Source: a virus (taxonomy: Duplodnaviria > Heunggongvirae > Uroviricota > Caudoviricetes). From it: a DNA stretch of 52,923 bases. The stretch's first letter is position 1; every line of letters begins with the position of its first letter. Shown here piece after piece: positions 10,212 through 21,908 of this stretch. A program made the translations under genes and the position numbers. The stretch lies in the IMG/VR virus record IMGVR_UViG_2877251553_000008; one strand, 5' to 3'. The notes beneath the pieces were generated by a model. The model saw only the letters and a program-made list of their open reading frames with translations, did not search any database and was not told the origin of the DNA.

Positions 10212-13200
10212 TCAGCTAATCGTGATGCCTGCAGTGGCTTTCTTCATCACCACAACCAGCAAATCGCTGATACTTGCTGTGGGATACCAGTTATTTACCA
10301 GCCATGCTGACACCGAAAACTCCAGTGTCATGTGACCGTGACCGGCAGGCATATCAATAACACCACTGTAAATCAGCGTATTATCCAGCGCGGTACGGTT
10401 ATAAATTTCAGCACCGTTTTTCCGCACTATCAGACGGCATGAGGAGTAAATATCAGTATGCTCTTTCTCATGTTTAGCGCCGCTGAATGCCACCGCCGGA
10501 ATAACAATCTGCCGGTCAAACGGCTGATCGTCATAAACCCTGACGGTAATGGTTCCTGATGGCCACCGCTCCGGTGCACGGGAGTCCCGGGGAAAGCTTT
10601 GCCCACTGTTTTAACGAGATCGCCTTCAATCTGGTTCGCGGACAATTTTCCCAGAACCCGACAGTTCTCGTTAATCGTGACGTTGTTGAGCGTCCCGGAG
10701 TTCGCATTCACGTTACCGCTGATATCGGCATTTTTCGCCGTCAGCCGCCCGTCCGGTGTCAGGGAAAATGCCGGAGGATTACCGCCGCTGGTAATGGTGG
10801 GAGCCGTCAGATATTTCAGGAACACTTCATTCATAAATATCTGATCGCCCTGACCAACAAACATCGGCTTTGTGTTGCCATTCGCAGGATTAATCATCGC
10901 AATCCTGTCTGCCGCCAGCAGCACCTGACTCTGCATTCCTGCTGGCGTATTCTCAATACCGGCATCGATACCCGCAATATAAAGGCGTCCGTCCTGCATC
11001 TGCTGCAGTTTCACGGCCCACATGCTGTTCAGGTTATTATTTGTATCAACCTGAACTTTCTGTATCTGCTGGATTGCCGCACTCTGATTTTCCAGTTTTT
11101 TATTGACGGTCTGCGTGATTTCATTGCTGACATTCGTAATGGACGTCCTGATTTCAGCCAGGTCCGGCGCAAGCTGACCGTTATCAATCTGCGTCCACAG
11201 CTCCTGGGCCAGATGTGTTTTCCCGATTTCTCCTTTGAAGAAATCCAGGTAACCTTCCGCATCATCGCTCGCCCGACCGACAGCCTCCACGAATGCCGAT
11301 TTGCCAACAGTATTCACACTGCGGATATAAAAATAATAATCATGGCCCGGTTTGATATTGATACTGGCAGCTATCCAGTACAGCGCCGAGCCAAGATAGC
11401 GGGCTGCGGTTTCAACCTGCCTGATATCCGCAATCCGCTTTTCCGAGAACCAGAACTCAAACTGTACCGTCGGGTAATAAACGGCAAGATGCGGCGTGGC
11501 GGTTATCTGAAAATAGCCCGGCGTCAGTTCAATGGTGGCGGGTTTTGCTGGCGCGTTAATCCGGAAGGTGGTGGTGGCCGGTTCGCCCTGCTGGCCATAA
11601 CTGTTAATTGCCCTGACTGTCAGGGTGTATTCCCCGAGCGGCAGACCACTGAAACGATGCTCTGTATCCGCAGTGATAGCGGTGGTCACCAGACGGCTGT
11701 CTTCTCCGCTTCCGCTGGTCAGTCGCAGACTGAAGCGCCCCCCTTCACCACCCGCGGCGTGTCCCATTTCGCCTGTGCCAGATACTGGCCGTCAGCTGCG
11801 CTCACCTCCACCGTCAGGTGCTGCACTGCCGGTGGGATGACGCTGTTCAGGGAGCCTGACTGCGGCTCAAAGCGGGCACCGTTATCCACGATGGCTTCTT
11901 TTTCCGGTACGTGCTGCACCGCCGTGATGGCAAAGGTGCCGTCCGTGTTTTCCCGGACGGAGACACAGCGGAACAGGCGACGGCGCAGTGACGGCAGGGA
12001 GAGTCCCCACACCCCGTATGTCTCCACACCATCAGGCAGGGTACTGACCTGTATCCGGTCCGGCGCGGGGTGTGCGGTGATGTCCACACTCACCGGCTTA
12101 CCGCTGCCGTTAATCAGGTTCACCGCCGATGTACCTGTCTCCGGCAGGGTAACCTCACGGTCCAGCGTCAGGGTGCGGGTGGCAGCATCAATGGACAGGA
12201 CACGTCCGCCGGTCATAGTCCCGGCATAGTCGTTATCACAGATTTCAATAATGTCACCCGGTGTGTGACGCAGCCCCTGTGACCCGAGCGTGAAGTCCAC
12301 CGTCTGCGTTTCCAGCAGTCCGGTCTTTATCACCCACAGACCTGCACGGTGAGCCTGACCGCGGCAGGTACAGCCAAACGCATCCATCTTCAGCAGGTTG
12401 CGTCCGTAGCGCAGTATGGCTTCCGGGTCTTCCACCAGTTCCGTGGAGGTCTGCCAGCCGTTCTGCGGGTCGGTGTAATTCACCTCCACCGCCGTGTGCC
12501 GGTCCTTCAGGGCACTGAAGCTGTAGCGGAATCCCACGCCGTTATCATCCACCACCACATCGCTGTTGGTGTACGGCCACACCACATCCGACGGGCGGTC
12601 CTGAACGAACGTCAGCGTCTGACCGTTCCATACCGGCATACAGCGCATCGCAGAGCAGAAATCACTGAGAACGTCCCACGCCTTACGCTGTTGTGCCAGG
12701 TACGCATTAAAGGTCATCCGCGGCTCGGTCCCCCGAAACCATCCGGGACCGTCTGGTCGCAGTACTGCCCGATGGCATACAGCGCCCACTTGTCCACATC
12801 CGCCGCCCCAGACGTTTTCCCATGCCGTAGCGCGGGTGAGTCAGCATGTCCCACAGGCACCAGGCCGGGTTGTTGCTGTATGCCGGTTTCAGACTGCCGT
12901 CCCAGATACCACTGTACGTGCGTTTTTCCGGGTCATAGTTTGACGGCACCTGGATGATGCGACCGCGGATATGGTAGTTCACCGTCATCTGCTGGCCGCC
13001 GAACTGCTCCGCATCCACCTGCAGCCCCACAATGGCCGTGTTCGGGTAGCACTGTTTCACATCGATGATTTCGGTGTATGACGACCACAGCGTCTTATTC
13101 TGCAGCTGGTCCGTGGTGCTGTCCGCCGTCTCCCTGACCATCCGGATGTTAAAGGGCCGGGGAGGCAGATTATCCAGAATCACCGAGGCCAGGAACTGTG

Positions 13201-13681
13201 AGGTGGTCTTGCCGTTAATGGTGACGTCCTTTTCCGTCACCCAGCGGCCATTACGCTGTAACTGAATCAGAATCCGGACAGAGGAAGGATTACGGTCGCC
13301 CTTTGACGTGGTCTGCACCAGTGACTGCACCCCGAAGGTAACCCGCAGGCGGTCAATGTTCGCGGACGTAATGGTGCGCGTCACCGGTTTTGCCTTCGTC
13401 ACTTCCACGCCCAGTCCGGTTTCAGAGCCGGAGGACTCAAAGCCTTCCGGTGGTGTCTGCTCCTGCTCCCCGGCGCGCCAGACCGCCGTCACACCGTGTA
13501 TCACGGGATTGCCGTCCGTGTCCGTCAGTGGGGTTTTGTTCACCAGAATACTCTGCAGTCCCTTCACCGGACCTTCTATCGGTCCCTCACCAATCGCATC
13601 AATCACACTCATCATCTGCGTGGATTTGAGATTATCCTTCGCCTCACGAGGAGTGTGTGCCTTACCGCCACCTTTTCCCAT
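10212..13681 (-). pseudogene. J: tail tip / host-specificity protein J, at least three frameshifts
   Basis: Four consecutive ORF pieces (12707..13681, 11719..12789, 10430..11767, 10212..10493) each match successive parts of lambda J (MGKG..HTPREAKDNLKST...; ...TEPRMTFNAYLAQQRKAWDV...; ...[16 protein letters not shown]...). Confidence 0.85.
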
Positions 13682-13784
13682 ACAGCCTTCCCCTGAATAA
13701 ATTAACCGCCACTTGCCATTCCGTACAGAAGTCGGATATCCTTCGCCCGAAAAGCATGAAACACATTTCTGCCATGCTAAAGAG

Positions 13785-13814
13785 AAACCCCGGTATCAGC
13801 AGATACCGGGGTTT
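13785..13814. other. strong 13-bp perfect stem-loop in the I-J insert
   Basis: AAACCCCGGTATC-agca-GATACCGGGGTTT, T-rich on both sides. Confidence 0.6.
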
Positions 13815-13920
13815 TCTTTCATGCCCACCGATAATCCTGTTGGTTAAAACCGGTAATGGCATAAAAATTCTGAATATCTTCACATTTTCACACACTGACT
13901 GTGGCGCTTATAATTTCGCT

Positions 13921-14018
13921 GCGTTAGTGTTTTTTTGCCCGAGTAACAAAAACAACTCCTTAACATTGATCTTCATTTGTCTGTCCCCGCAGCTCCGCGA
14001 TCACTGCGGGATTTTTTT
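13921..14018 (+). ncRNA. candidate small RNA (own promoter and intrinsic terminator), antisense to the tail operon
   Basis: Perfect -10 TATAAT at 13909-13914; ~95 nt with no ATG; terminator hairpin CCCGCAG-N11-CTGCGGG plus T7 at 13986-14018; CA-rich stretch AACAAAAACAACTCC. Confidence 0.35.
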
Positions 14019-14023
14019 ATGTT

Positions 14024-14704
14024 TTATCCCTGTCGCCCGATAACCACGACCTTTCCGCCCCCGCCTTCATCACGGGTGCTGATGTCCTGGGATATACGGC
14101 GGGAGCCAACCAGCATTTCCCCGTAAGGCACCGGCATCGGGTTCCCCTGGGCAATCATGTTATCCAGCGAGGAAAAGTACGTGTTCTGTCTGCCGTTATC
14201 CGTTGCGCGGTAATCCGGTGTTTTTGCCTTCGGGGCCAGCATCTGGGCCACACCGCCCAGAATCATGCTGGCTCCAAGTGAAAACAGCATCGTGGTGGCA
14301 GAAAAACCACCGGCTGCCAGGGCTGAACCCCATAACGCCATTGATGCCCCGGCAGTGAAGAAAGAGCCCACGATGGCTGCCGCCCCCAACACAATCTGCA
14401 GTCCACCCTTTCCGGCCCCGGCCAGTCGCGGCACAATATGGATGACCGTTCCCTCACCCAGCTGTTCGTGAAGACGGGCGTACACCGCCTCCGGTGCCGT
14501 GTCATAACCGGCAATACGTATCTGGTACCAGCCTTCGTTCATCTGACGGCGAAAGCCCGGCACCTGTAACGACAGCGCCCGGATGGCTTCCGCTGCCGTG
14601 TTCACATACAGGCTGAGGCGGCGGCCAAATCGTTGTAAATCCCCGTGAAGGCAGATGCGTGCCAGTGGCGGTGACGCCAGACAGAATGCGTTCGTCGTTG
14701 CCAT
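14024..14704 (-). CDS. I: tail tip assembly protein I
   Basis: 226-aa ORF MATTNAFCLASPPLARICLHGDLQRFGRR... matches lambda I. Confidence 0.85.
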   Translation of the reverse strand: MATTNAFCLASPPLARICLHGDLQRFGRRLSLYVNTAAEAIRALSLQVPGFRRQMNEGWYQIRIAGYDTAPEAVYARLHEQLGEGTVIHIVPRLAGAGKGGLQIVLGAAAIVGSFFTAGASMALWGSALAAGGFSATTMLFSLGASMILGGVAQMLAPKAKTPDYRATDNGRQNTYFSSLDNMIAQGNPMPVPYGEMLVGSRRISQDISTRDEGGGGKVVVIGRQG

Positions 14705-15343
14705 TTTTCGGAATACCTCTCCCGTTTACTCAGTTGTTCAGGCAGATGGTGAAGCAGCTCACCGTTGCCGCAGTAAATGGTGGCATGGTTCGGTACCGAA
14801 GCACCAAAGCAGCACAGCAGAATATCGCCCGGCTGTGCAGAGGACAGGGGCACCCGGTAAAAGCCGGTGACCGCCATATTGTCCAGGTACAGGTTCTGGC
14901 CGTTGCGCCACCAGTCATCCTCGCGATGAAAATCCGGCATATCAATTCCCGCCAGATGGTATGCATCCCGGAACAGCGTGTAACAGTCCGTCACCCCGTG
15001 CTCAAAGCGCCGTCCTGTCAGATGTGGCACACAGCGGAATTTATGAATTTCCCCCGGCAGACCAGCCACCAGGGCAGTGCGCTTTTTATCTGCAGCCGCC
15101 GGTCAGCCTCGCTCAGCCAGGGCAGCCCACCGGGATGACTGTGGACCAGTGCCACAATCTCCCCCTGCATCTCTGCCCGCAGCCAGTCTTCCGGTGCGAT
15201 ACGAAAATACGCCTCCGGCTCTGCAGAAATATTCACACAAGGATATACCACTCCCCCTCCGGCGTGCTTATCACGAAGCCGCACGACTCCGCAGGCGCAC
15301 ACCGCCGGGCATGCGCCAGAATCGCTGATTCAGTCTGTGTCAT
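14602..15343 (-). pseudogene. K: tail tip assembly protein K (MPN/JAMM plus NlpC/P60), two frameshifts
   Basis: Three pieces: MTQTESAILAHARRCAPAESCGFV.. / ..HSHPGGLPWLSEADRRLQ.. (JAMM motif) / ..TDCYTLFRDAYHLAG...NHATIYCG..GELLHH (NlpC/P60). Confidence 0.8.
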
Positions 15344-15353
15344 AAACCGGGAT

Positions 15354-16052
15354 TTACTGCGAAAGTTTATTAATGGAAAGGAAACCGCCAAAATTGCCGA
15401 CATTCCTGCGCAGTTCACACCCGCGCATGCACTTGCTGCATCTGTCCTTACGGATATCCGTGGTGGGGTTGTCGAACTCATCCGCCACCGCAGGACCGTT
15501 ATACCCGCATTCATCTCCCCGGTAATCCCACATACAGGTGTTCGCCAGCATGATGCGACCGGGAAACAGCGCCCCATCCGTCTCGGTCGGTGTAGCCAGC
15601 ACAAACGAGGCCGTCATGGCTGTCAGCTGCGACATCTGCTCCACCACCCAGCGGTCACTCAGCTCCTGCTCCGGGTCCGCCTCCGGATTGCCCGCAACGA
15701 AATTCACCGCATCCAGAAAACGGGCATACACCCGGCGGCGGACCACCGTGGCCCCCACCAGACTCTGCAGGTCTTCCGCCATCCCGGTGACCAGACCGAA
15801 CAGATTGGACACCGTCAGCGACGGTCTGGCACTGCTGCCCCGACCGTTCATCTCAAAGCCGCTGCCGTCAATCGGGTATGCCTCATACTTACGCCCCTGC
15901 CAGGTGACCGGCTCCCCTTTTTCATTCAGCTCATTACAGAAAAAATAACGTTCTCCACCGACCTCTGTCAGATCGATTTCCCAGAGCACCACGCTGGCCG
16001 ACTGCTCCGCACGGGTGCATTCATTCAGTGTTTCCTGCCGGATATCCTGCAT
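15354..16052 (-). CDS. L: tail tip assembly protein L
   Basis: 232-aa ORF MQDIRQETLNECTRAEQSASVVLWEIDLTEVGGERYFFCNE... matches lambda L. Confidence 0.9.
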   Translation of the reverse strand: MQDIRQETLNECTRAEQSASVVLWEIDLTEVGGERYFFCNELNEKGEPVTWQGRKYEAYPIDGSGFEMNGRGSSARPSLTVSNLFGLVTGMAEDLQSLVGATVVRRRVYARFLDAVNFVAGNPEADPEQELSDRWVVEQMSQLTAMTASFVLATPTETDGALFPGRIMLANTCMWDYRGDECGYNGPAVADEFDNPTTDIRKDRCSKCMRGCELRRNVGNFGGFLSINKLSQ

Positions 16053-16380
16053 CAGTTCACCACCTGTTCAAACTCTGCGCTGAACTCAACACGCAGCATA
16101 CTGACCCGCGACGACCATTTTGCGCAGGTCACCTTTATCTGCCGCCACTCATAAGGCGGCGTCCACAGAAAGGATTTCCAGCCCCGTGCTCAGCCAGAAA
16201 CGACTCAAGCGCCGTGGCCTCCCAACGGGGAACAGAAAGCGTCACGCTGTACGTTTTCAGGTCGGCATTCAGCCCGGCAGGCGCTCGCTGGGAATAGCCA
16301 TCACCAAAGCGCACTTTCCTGACGGAAGGGGCTGAAGCCACATCCATACCGGGTTTCACTTTCCAGCGGAAGGTCTTCAT
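16052..16380 (-). pseudogene. M: tail tip assembly protein M, frameshifted
   Basis: MKTFRWKVKPGMDVASAPSVRKVRFGDGYSQRAPAGLNADLKTYSVTLSV... then frame change at the run CCCC 16182-16185; C-terminus ...WKSFLWTPPYEWRQIKVTCAKW...EQVVN readable in the adjacent frame; stop overlaps the L start (TGATG). Confidence 0.8.
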
Positions 16381-18949
16381 CGTCCACCTCCGGAGAACAG
16401 ACCACCATCGCGCATCTGTGCCTGAATTTCATCACGGGCACCCTTGCGGGCCATGTCATACACTGCCTTCAGCATCTGTGGACCTGGCAGACCATTCGTA
16501 CCGTCGTTCTGAATCACCACGTTGTTGTTCTGCTCAAATCTGATACCCTCTGAACGCCGCATTTGCGCCGGACTTCCGGTGCCACCGACATAACCGCCGG
16601 TGGCATAGCCGCGCATCAGCCGGTAAAGATTTCCCACGCCAATCCGGCTGGTCGCCTCCTTCGTGAAGACAAACTCCCCGCGATGAACAATCCCCGCAGG
16701 TTCATATTTACCCCCCGTCCCCGTAAATCCCCCGGTCGCGAAATGGAAGTTCGCCGCCGCAGCCTGAATGGCTGTACCGCCTGACGCGGATGCGCCGCCA
16801 CCAACAGCCCCGCCAATGGCGCTGCCGATACTCCCGACTATCCCCACCATCGCCTGCTTCAGAAAAATCTCTGTCAGCATGGACAGCACAGAACGGGTGA
16901 AACCACGCCAGTTCTGTTCGCTGCCGGTCAGCATCGCTGCCATATTCTGTACAATACCGTCAAAGGTCTGCGTGGCCGCGTTTTTAACCTGCGAAAAACT
17001 GTCCGTCGCACTTTCCGCCCACTCGCCCCAGCCGGACTTCATCCCGGCCATCCAGCTTCCACGAAGCTGCTCCTCCGCAGACCAGGTGTTCTTCAGTGCA
17101 GATGTGGCCTTCGCCAGCGCAGCCGGATTATCACCGTACACCTCACGAAGGCGCTGCTCTTCCGACTCCCGCTGCGCCTGACGGTCGGTGAGTCCGCGTG
17201 CTTTTGCGCTGATTGCCGCCTGCTTCGCGCTCTGCTGCTGTTCAAACCGCGCCGCCTGCTGTGCCAGCTCATTCAGCCGTTTCTGGTGTTCAATCTTGTC
17301 GCCCAGCTCAGCCAGCTGGCGTTTGTACTCCAGCGTTTCTTTCTCATGGGCCAGCAGGGATTTTTCCTGCTCAGATAACTGCCGTTTCGTGGCGGCCTCT
17401 TTCAGGACCACATACTGATTTTCCGCTTCCCATAAATCCCGGCGCTGCTGGCTGATTTTCTCATTCACACCGCTGTGTTTTTCCAGCGTCCTGAGCTCGG
17501 TTTCAAGCGCCAGCATGGCTGCATGCGCCCGGTCTTCCTGGCGCTCACCGGCAGACACCTTCACACCTGACGGCTTTTTCAGCGTCGATTCATAATCCTT
17601 TTTTGCCGACGCCATCAGCGTGTTGTAATCCGCCTGCAGGATTTTTCCGTCTTTCAGGGCCTTATTCAGCTCTTTCTGACGGGCGGTATATTTATCCAGC
17701 GGCGTCTGCAGGCGCTCATACGCCTTCTGCGCCTCTCCGGTATACTTCAGCTGTGACGCCTCACGCTCAGCCCGGTCCCTTGCCGCCAGTTCACCGGCTT
17801 TTTCCATATCCGACTGCAGCGTGGCCGCTGCCAGACCCAGACGGGCATTTTCCCGGTCATCCCATGCCCCCTGAAGGTTCGCACGAAAAGAGGAGGTCTT
17901 TCCCCGGCGCTGGCTCCGGCTCTGGTACCACTGCCATTTTTTATCCGCCTCATCAAATGCCTTCTGCGCACTGGCGAGCATATCCGCTGAGGATTCAGGA
18001 CGACCGATATCCAGAATGGCATCCCACATCGATTTGAATGCCTTCCCTGTTTTATCCGCCCAGGTCTCCAGTGTTCCCATGTTTTCTTTCAGGCGACGGG
18101 TCTGCTCATCAAAGCCTTTCGTGGCGATATCGTTCGCCGCCTGCAATGCCCCGGCCTCGTCTCCGGAACGCTGCAGCTGTGCAACATACGCAATCTGCTC
18201 TGCCGTCACGTTACGGAACTGGCGCGCCATCGCCATCAGTCCCGACGTCGGGTCAGTGGTCAGCTTCCCGAAGGCTTCAGCGACTTTATCCACCTCCACA
18301 CCGGATGCAGACGCAAAACGCGCGACACTCTGGTTGATGGCATCAAACTGTTCACCACCACGCACACCGGCATTCACCAGGGCTGCCAGTGACTCTCTCG
18401 CCTGGTTAAACGTCAGCCCTGCTGCCTGCCCGGCTCTTGAGAGAGTCAGCATACGATCGGCAGTCAGTCCGGACTGATTACCGGAAAGAACCAGGGTTTT
18501 ATTAAACGCTGAAAGCGTGGAATCTCCCTGGTACCAGGCGTACACCAGCGCACCTGTCGCCACCGCCAGCGAGGTGACCCCGACCATCGGCAGGGTGATC
18601 GCACCGGCAAGCCCCTGAACATGGGGATCATCCCGCCGAAGGAGTCCTTCACCTGACCGCCCTGTTGCAGCAGGATCAGCCAGGGATTCTGACCACCTGC
18701 AAGCTGCGTGGCGATATCCGTAAACTGTGCGGGCAGGGTTCGCATGGCCGCTTTATACTGCCCGACGGAAATCCCGGCTTTTTGTGCAGCCAGCGCCTGG
18801 CGGCTCAGGCCCTGTTCAACAGCACTGGCGGTTTTTCTGGCGTCGGTATCCAGACCTGAAAAATGACGCCTTACCCGGCTCATCTGCTCATCGAAACGGA
18901 CAGCATCCAGACTCAGGTCAATAACAAGATCACCAACCGGCTGGGACAT
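16377..18949 (-). pseudogene. H: tape measure protein H, frameshifted near 18600
   Basis: N-terminal piece MSQPVGDLVIDLSLDAVRFDEQMSRVRRHFSG...GGMIPMFRGL and 736-aa piece MVGVTSLAVATGALVYAWYQG...DGGLFSGGGR match lambda H. Confidence 0.85.
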
Positions 18950-19095
18950 ATCTCACACCTCCCGGAATCCCCGCTGAAGCCATCATTAATGCGGCATCAT
19001 CCACCATGACATCCGCCACATCCGCAGACGATAAAATATCGCGCCCTCCGTCCCACCGAACCGGACGCCTCCGGCAAGTCCTGCCGCTTTCTGCA

Positions 19096-19799
19096 TCAGC
19101 ATTTTGTCCTCATCCGGCCTCTCCACCTGCTCTTCCTCATGCCGGGGACAAGCAGACTGAAATCAGAGGGATGCATATCCGGATCGCAAAAAAACAGGCT
19201 GAGTACAGCGTACGTCAGCCCGGAAAAATGCATATCCAGCTGGGTATCCTGAAAATAATGCGTACGGTAAAAACGGTGCCAGTCGGCATATTCGGTGGAT
19301 GTCATCCCGGCAAGCATGGCGCGCCAGTCGGGTCTCCCCATCTCACGCGCCAGTCTGAGGGCAAAGTTCAGCTCGCCGTCGAAGACTTTCCCGCAGAAAA
19401 ATCATCATCAGTCAGCGTGTTATTTTTCGCCACTTCAGTAATATCAGTATCCGGACGAACAGCTTCGATCATCCCGGACAGGCACAACACCACGTCTTCC
19501 GCCCGGGCAATGGCATCGGCAGGCCAGGTGGTGAGCACTTCCTGCTCTATCTTCATCACGGCCTCATTCATTGACGGTGACTGCGTTTTCTGTGGATGGT
19601 TATGCCACAGGGACATCGCCACCAGAAACGCGCCGGTTCTGACGAGATCTTCCACGCTTACCTGCAGGTTGCCGCAGGATTCTGCCTGTTCTGCACGCCG
19701 TTTCAGGAGGGCAAGATGCTCGATACGCTGCAGCGCAGACAATTCGGAAAGCGTGACAGACACACCGTTATATTCAAATTGTTCTGTTTTCAGAAACAT
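19096..19799 (-). CDS. T: G-T fusion made by programmed -1 ribosomal frameshift
   Basis: Slippery heptamer GGGAAAG on the minus strand at 19386-19392 near the end of G; the -1 frame continues to a stop at 19096 with T-like sequence (...ADWHRFYRTHYFQDTQLDMHFSGLTY...). Confidence 0.7.
19368..19799 (-). CDS. G: tail assembly chaperone G
   Basis: 143-aa ORF MFLKTEQFEYNGVSVTLSELSALQRIEHLALLKRRAEQ... matches lambda G. Confidence 0.9.
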   Translation of the reverse strand: MFLKTEQFEYNGVSVTLSELSALQRIEHLALLKRRAEQAESCGNLQVSVEDLVRTGAFLVAMSLWHNHPQKTQSPSMNEAVMKIEQEVLTTWPADAIARAEDVVLCLSGMIEAVRPDTDITEVAKNNTLTDDDFSAGKSSTAS

Positions 19800-19812
19800 G
19801 TATTACCTCCGT

Positions 19813-20565
19813 TTACCCTGCAGCGCCCGCTTCAGTAACGGTGACTTCAGCCACTGCGGCGAACTGACCATTTCCGCTCACCACAGGGATCTGCACCTTA
19901 CCTGTCGCCACGCCGTTTACCGTAATTGTCATATCTTTCACACTAATGGTGGCTTTCGACGGATCGGCGGAAACCGCTCTGAACGTCTTGTCGGTTGCAC
20001 TTTCCGGCTCAAAAGAAACCGTCAGGGTGGTTGTTTTCCCTTTTGCCACCGTACCGGATGTCGGCGTCACCTTAATCGCACTGACCGGCGTAATTTTGCT
20101 GCGTTCTTCCGCTACAGAAGGTTTACCCACGTTAGTGACTTTCACCGTGCGGGTGATCACTTCTTTCGCCGTCACGGCCTTACCGATACTGCTGACCCAG
20201 CCACGAAACACATCCACCGTGCCATTCGGAAAACGGATTTTATAGGCCTGGACATCGCCGCTTTCAAACCAGCCTATAAGCCCTTTCTGACCTTCCTCTC
20301 CCGGTTTCCAGGCCAGCGTAAAACTGGTATCACCTGCAGATTTCTGCCCCTGCCCGGTCGCGGTCCAGTCTGCGTCTTCATCATCCAGGTAGTTATCATC
20401 GTAGGATTCTGCCGTCATCTCGCCCGGCGTCAGATCCTTCACCTTAGCCAGTCGCTGCCAGTCAGCGTCTGACAACGGGTTTGCATAAGCATCACCCTTG
20501 CCGTTGTAAACCCACAGAGTGGTACCGGCACCTTTTACTGGCTCCAGGGGATTTGGTGTTGCCAT
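19813..20565 (-). CDS. V: major tail protein V
   Basis: 250-aa [96 protein letters not shown]...; assigned as lambda V from its position between G and U and its Ig-like C-terminal region. Confidence 0.9.
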   Translation of the reverse strand: MATPNPLEPVKGAGTTLWVYNGKGDAYANPLSDADWQRLAKVKDLTPGEMTAESYDDNYLDDEDADWTATGQGQKSAGDTSFTLAWKPGEEGQKGLIGWFESGDVQAYKIRFPNGTVDVFRGWVSSIGKAVTAKEVITRTVKVTNVGKPSVAEERSKITPVSAIKVTPTSGTVAKGKTTTLTVSFEPESATDKTFRAVSADPSKATISVKDMTITVNGVATGKVQIPVVSGNGQFAAVAEVTVTEAGAAG

Positions 20566-20572
20566 ATCGTCC

Positions 20573-20968
20573 TCACATCTCGTATGTAATGGAATAAGTC
20601 AGATCCGCAGAGCTCCATAACGCCATATCGTCATCACGACGATACTCATAGCCCTGCGTAACCATCGTGGTAATCAGTCCTGCCAGTGCCTGGATCGCAG
20701 TCATCGCCGGATAAATCCGGCTTTCCATCCACTGATCAAGCTCTGAATCCGGTACCTGTGCCGGTAAAAACACCTCAATATGCAGCGTGGCCCGCCAGGT
20801 ATCTGCATCCAGCTCTTCACCGGTATACTCTGCATCCGTCAGATAAACCGCGATCGCAGGAAAATCCTCTTCGTCAAAAACAACGGGGCGACCATCAAAC
20901 AGCGTCGCCCCGTGTTCATGCTGCTCGAGTGCATCCAGCACTGCAGCACGGATATCAGTGTGTTTCAT
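20573..20968 (-). CDS. U: tail terminator protein U
   Basis: 131-aa [38 protein letters not shown]...; assigned as lambda U from size (131 aa) and position between Z and V. Confidence 0.85.
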   Translation of the reverse strand: MKHTDIRAAVLDALEQHEHGATLFDGRPVVFDEEDFPAIAVYLTDAEYTGEELDADTWRATLHIEVFLPAQVPDSELDQWMESRIYPAMTAIQALAGLITTMVTQGYEYRRDDDMALWSSADLTYSITYEM

Positions 20969-21540
20969 CGTTTTATCGCAATCCTCAGTTGTTGTTTCAG
21001 CGCGGATGCCAGTTCTCCGGGCAGGCGTTCACGCCGGATACGGTCAACATTCTCATCAAATGCCTGTTTCAGTGGGGCCGCCATCGGGATTTTCACCACC
21101 TGAATGGGAAGGCGATTACGCTTTTTCCTTCCCTTGTCGTCATTGCCCTCCTCATATCTGGCCTGGGGAAGACGTTGCATAACATGCCAGCGCCCATTAT
21201 TTAATCGCTGGATAAATGCCCGCTGATAACGATGCTGACCGGCTTTGAGTATGCTGTTCGGACGACGCCCCAGCATTCTGATCCCCAGCTTAATCACAGG
21301 GAGATCACCGCGGTTAACGATAATTCTGGCATTCGGATTTCTGACCGTCGCCCGTTTCAGTCTGGACCGTTCCTTTACCAGTTTCCGTCTCACCCTGGTT
21401 TCCCGGGCAACCTGTGACGAAGACTGATTAATCGCCGTTGTGGCCACGCGGTTAATGGTCATTGCAGAAGCAGCCGGAATGGCGTTTTTACGAACCCGGC
21501 TCAGATTGTCAATCGCCTGATCAAGCCCTTTTATCGCCAT
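20965..21540 (-). CDS. Z: tail completion protein Z
   Basis: 191-aa ORF MAIKGLDQAIDNLSRVRKNAIPAASAMTINRVATTAINQS...; assigned as lambda Z from size and position between FII and U. Confidence 0.85.
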   Translation of the reverse strand: MAIKGLDQAIDNLSRVRKNAIPAASAMTINRVATTAINQSSSQVARETRVRRKLVKERSRLKRATVRNPNARIIVNRGDLPVIKLGIRMLGRRPNSILKAGQHRYQRAFIQRLNNGRWHVMQRLPQARYEEGNDDKGRKKRNRLPIQVVKIPMAAPLKQAFDENVDRIRRERLPGELASALKQQLRIAIKR

Positions 21541-21554
21541 AATTCACCCTGCGT

Positions 21555-21908
21555 TTATCGTCGCCGGTTAACTGCGGGTGGTTGCCCACGGTTGAGCCAG
21601 AGATAACAGCTACCCCCGTCATCCGGAGAAACACGATCCACCCAGAATGTCTCACCATTAATGGTCAGCGTGTCACCACGCCGCACGGCACGAACCGTAT
21701 CCGTCCGCACAAATAATGACGGGCTGCTTCCTTCAATACGGACCCCGCTACCGGCAAACCCCAGCGACTCCGGATCGTCAAAAACCCCCTGAACTTCGCT
21801 GCCACACTGTGCCCCCGAGGTGAACTGCGCACAGAGCCCCATCACTTCAACAATCGTTCTGTCCACCCTGGCAAGGGCAGCATCAAAGGAATTCTCAAAA
21901 TCACGCAT
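21555..21908 (-). CDS. FII: head-tail connector FII
   Basis: 117-aa ORF ending ...FWVDRVSPDDGGSCYLWLNRGQPPAVNRRR, matching the lambda FII C-terminus. Confidence 0.85.
   Translation of the reverse strand: MRDFENSFDAALARVDRTIVEVMGLCAQFTSGAQCGSEVQGVFDDPESLGFAGSGVRIEGSSPSLFVRTDTVRAVRRGDTLTINGETFWVDRVSPDDGGSCYLWLNRGQPPAVNRRR

Noticed and set aside
10559-12229. 556-aa plus-strand ORF
   Set aside because: Antisense to gene J in GC-rich DNA; no RBS or homologue; J on the minus strand explains the region.
13657-14043. 128-aa plus-strand ORF and 77-aa minus-strand ORF spanning the I-J insert
   Set aside because: Both run through strong terminator hairpins and lack an RBS; the region is better explained as a non-coding unit.
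14961-16154. 397-aa plus-strand ORF
   Set aside because: Antisense to tail genes K, L and M; treated as a chance open frame.
19006-20472. 488-aa plus-strand ORF
   Set aside because: Antisense to G/T and V; no support.
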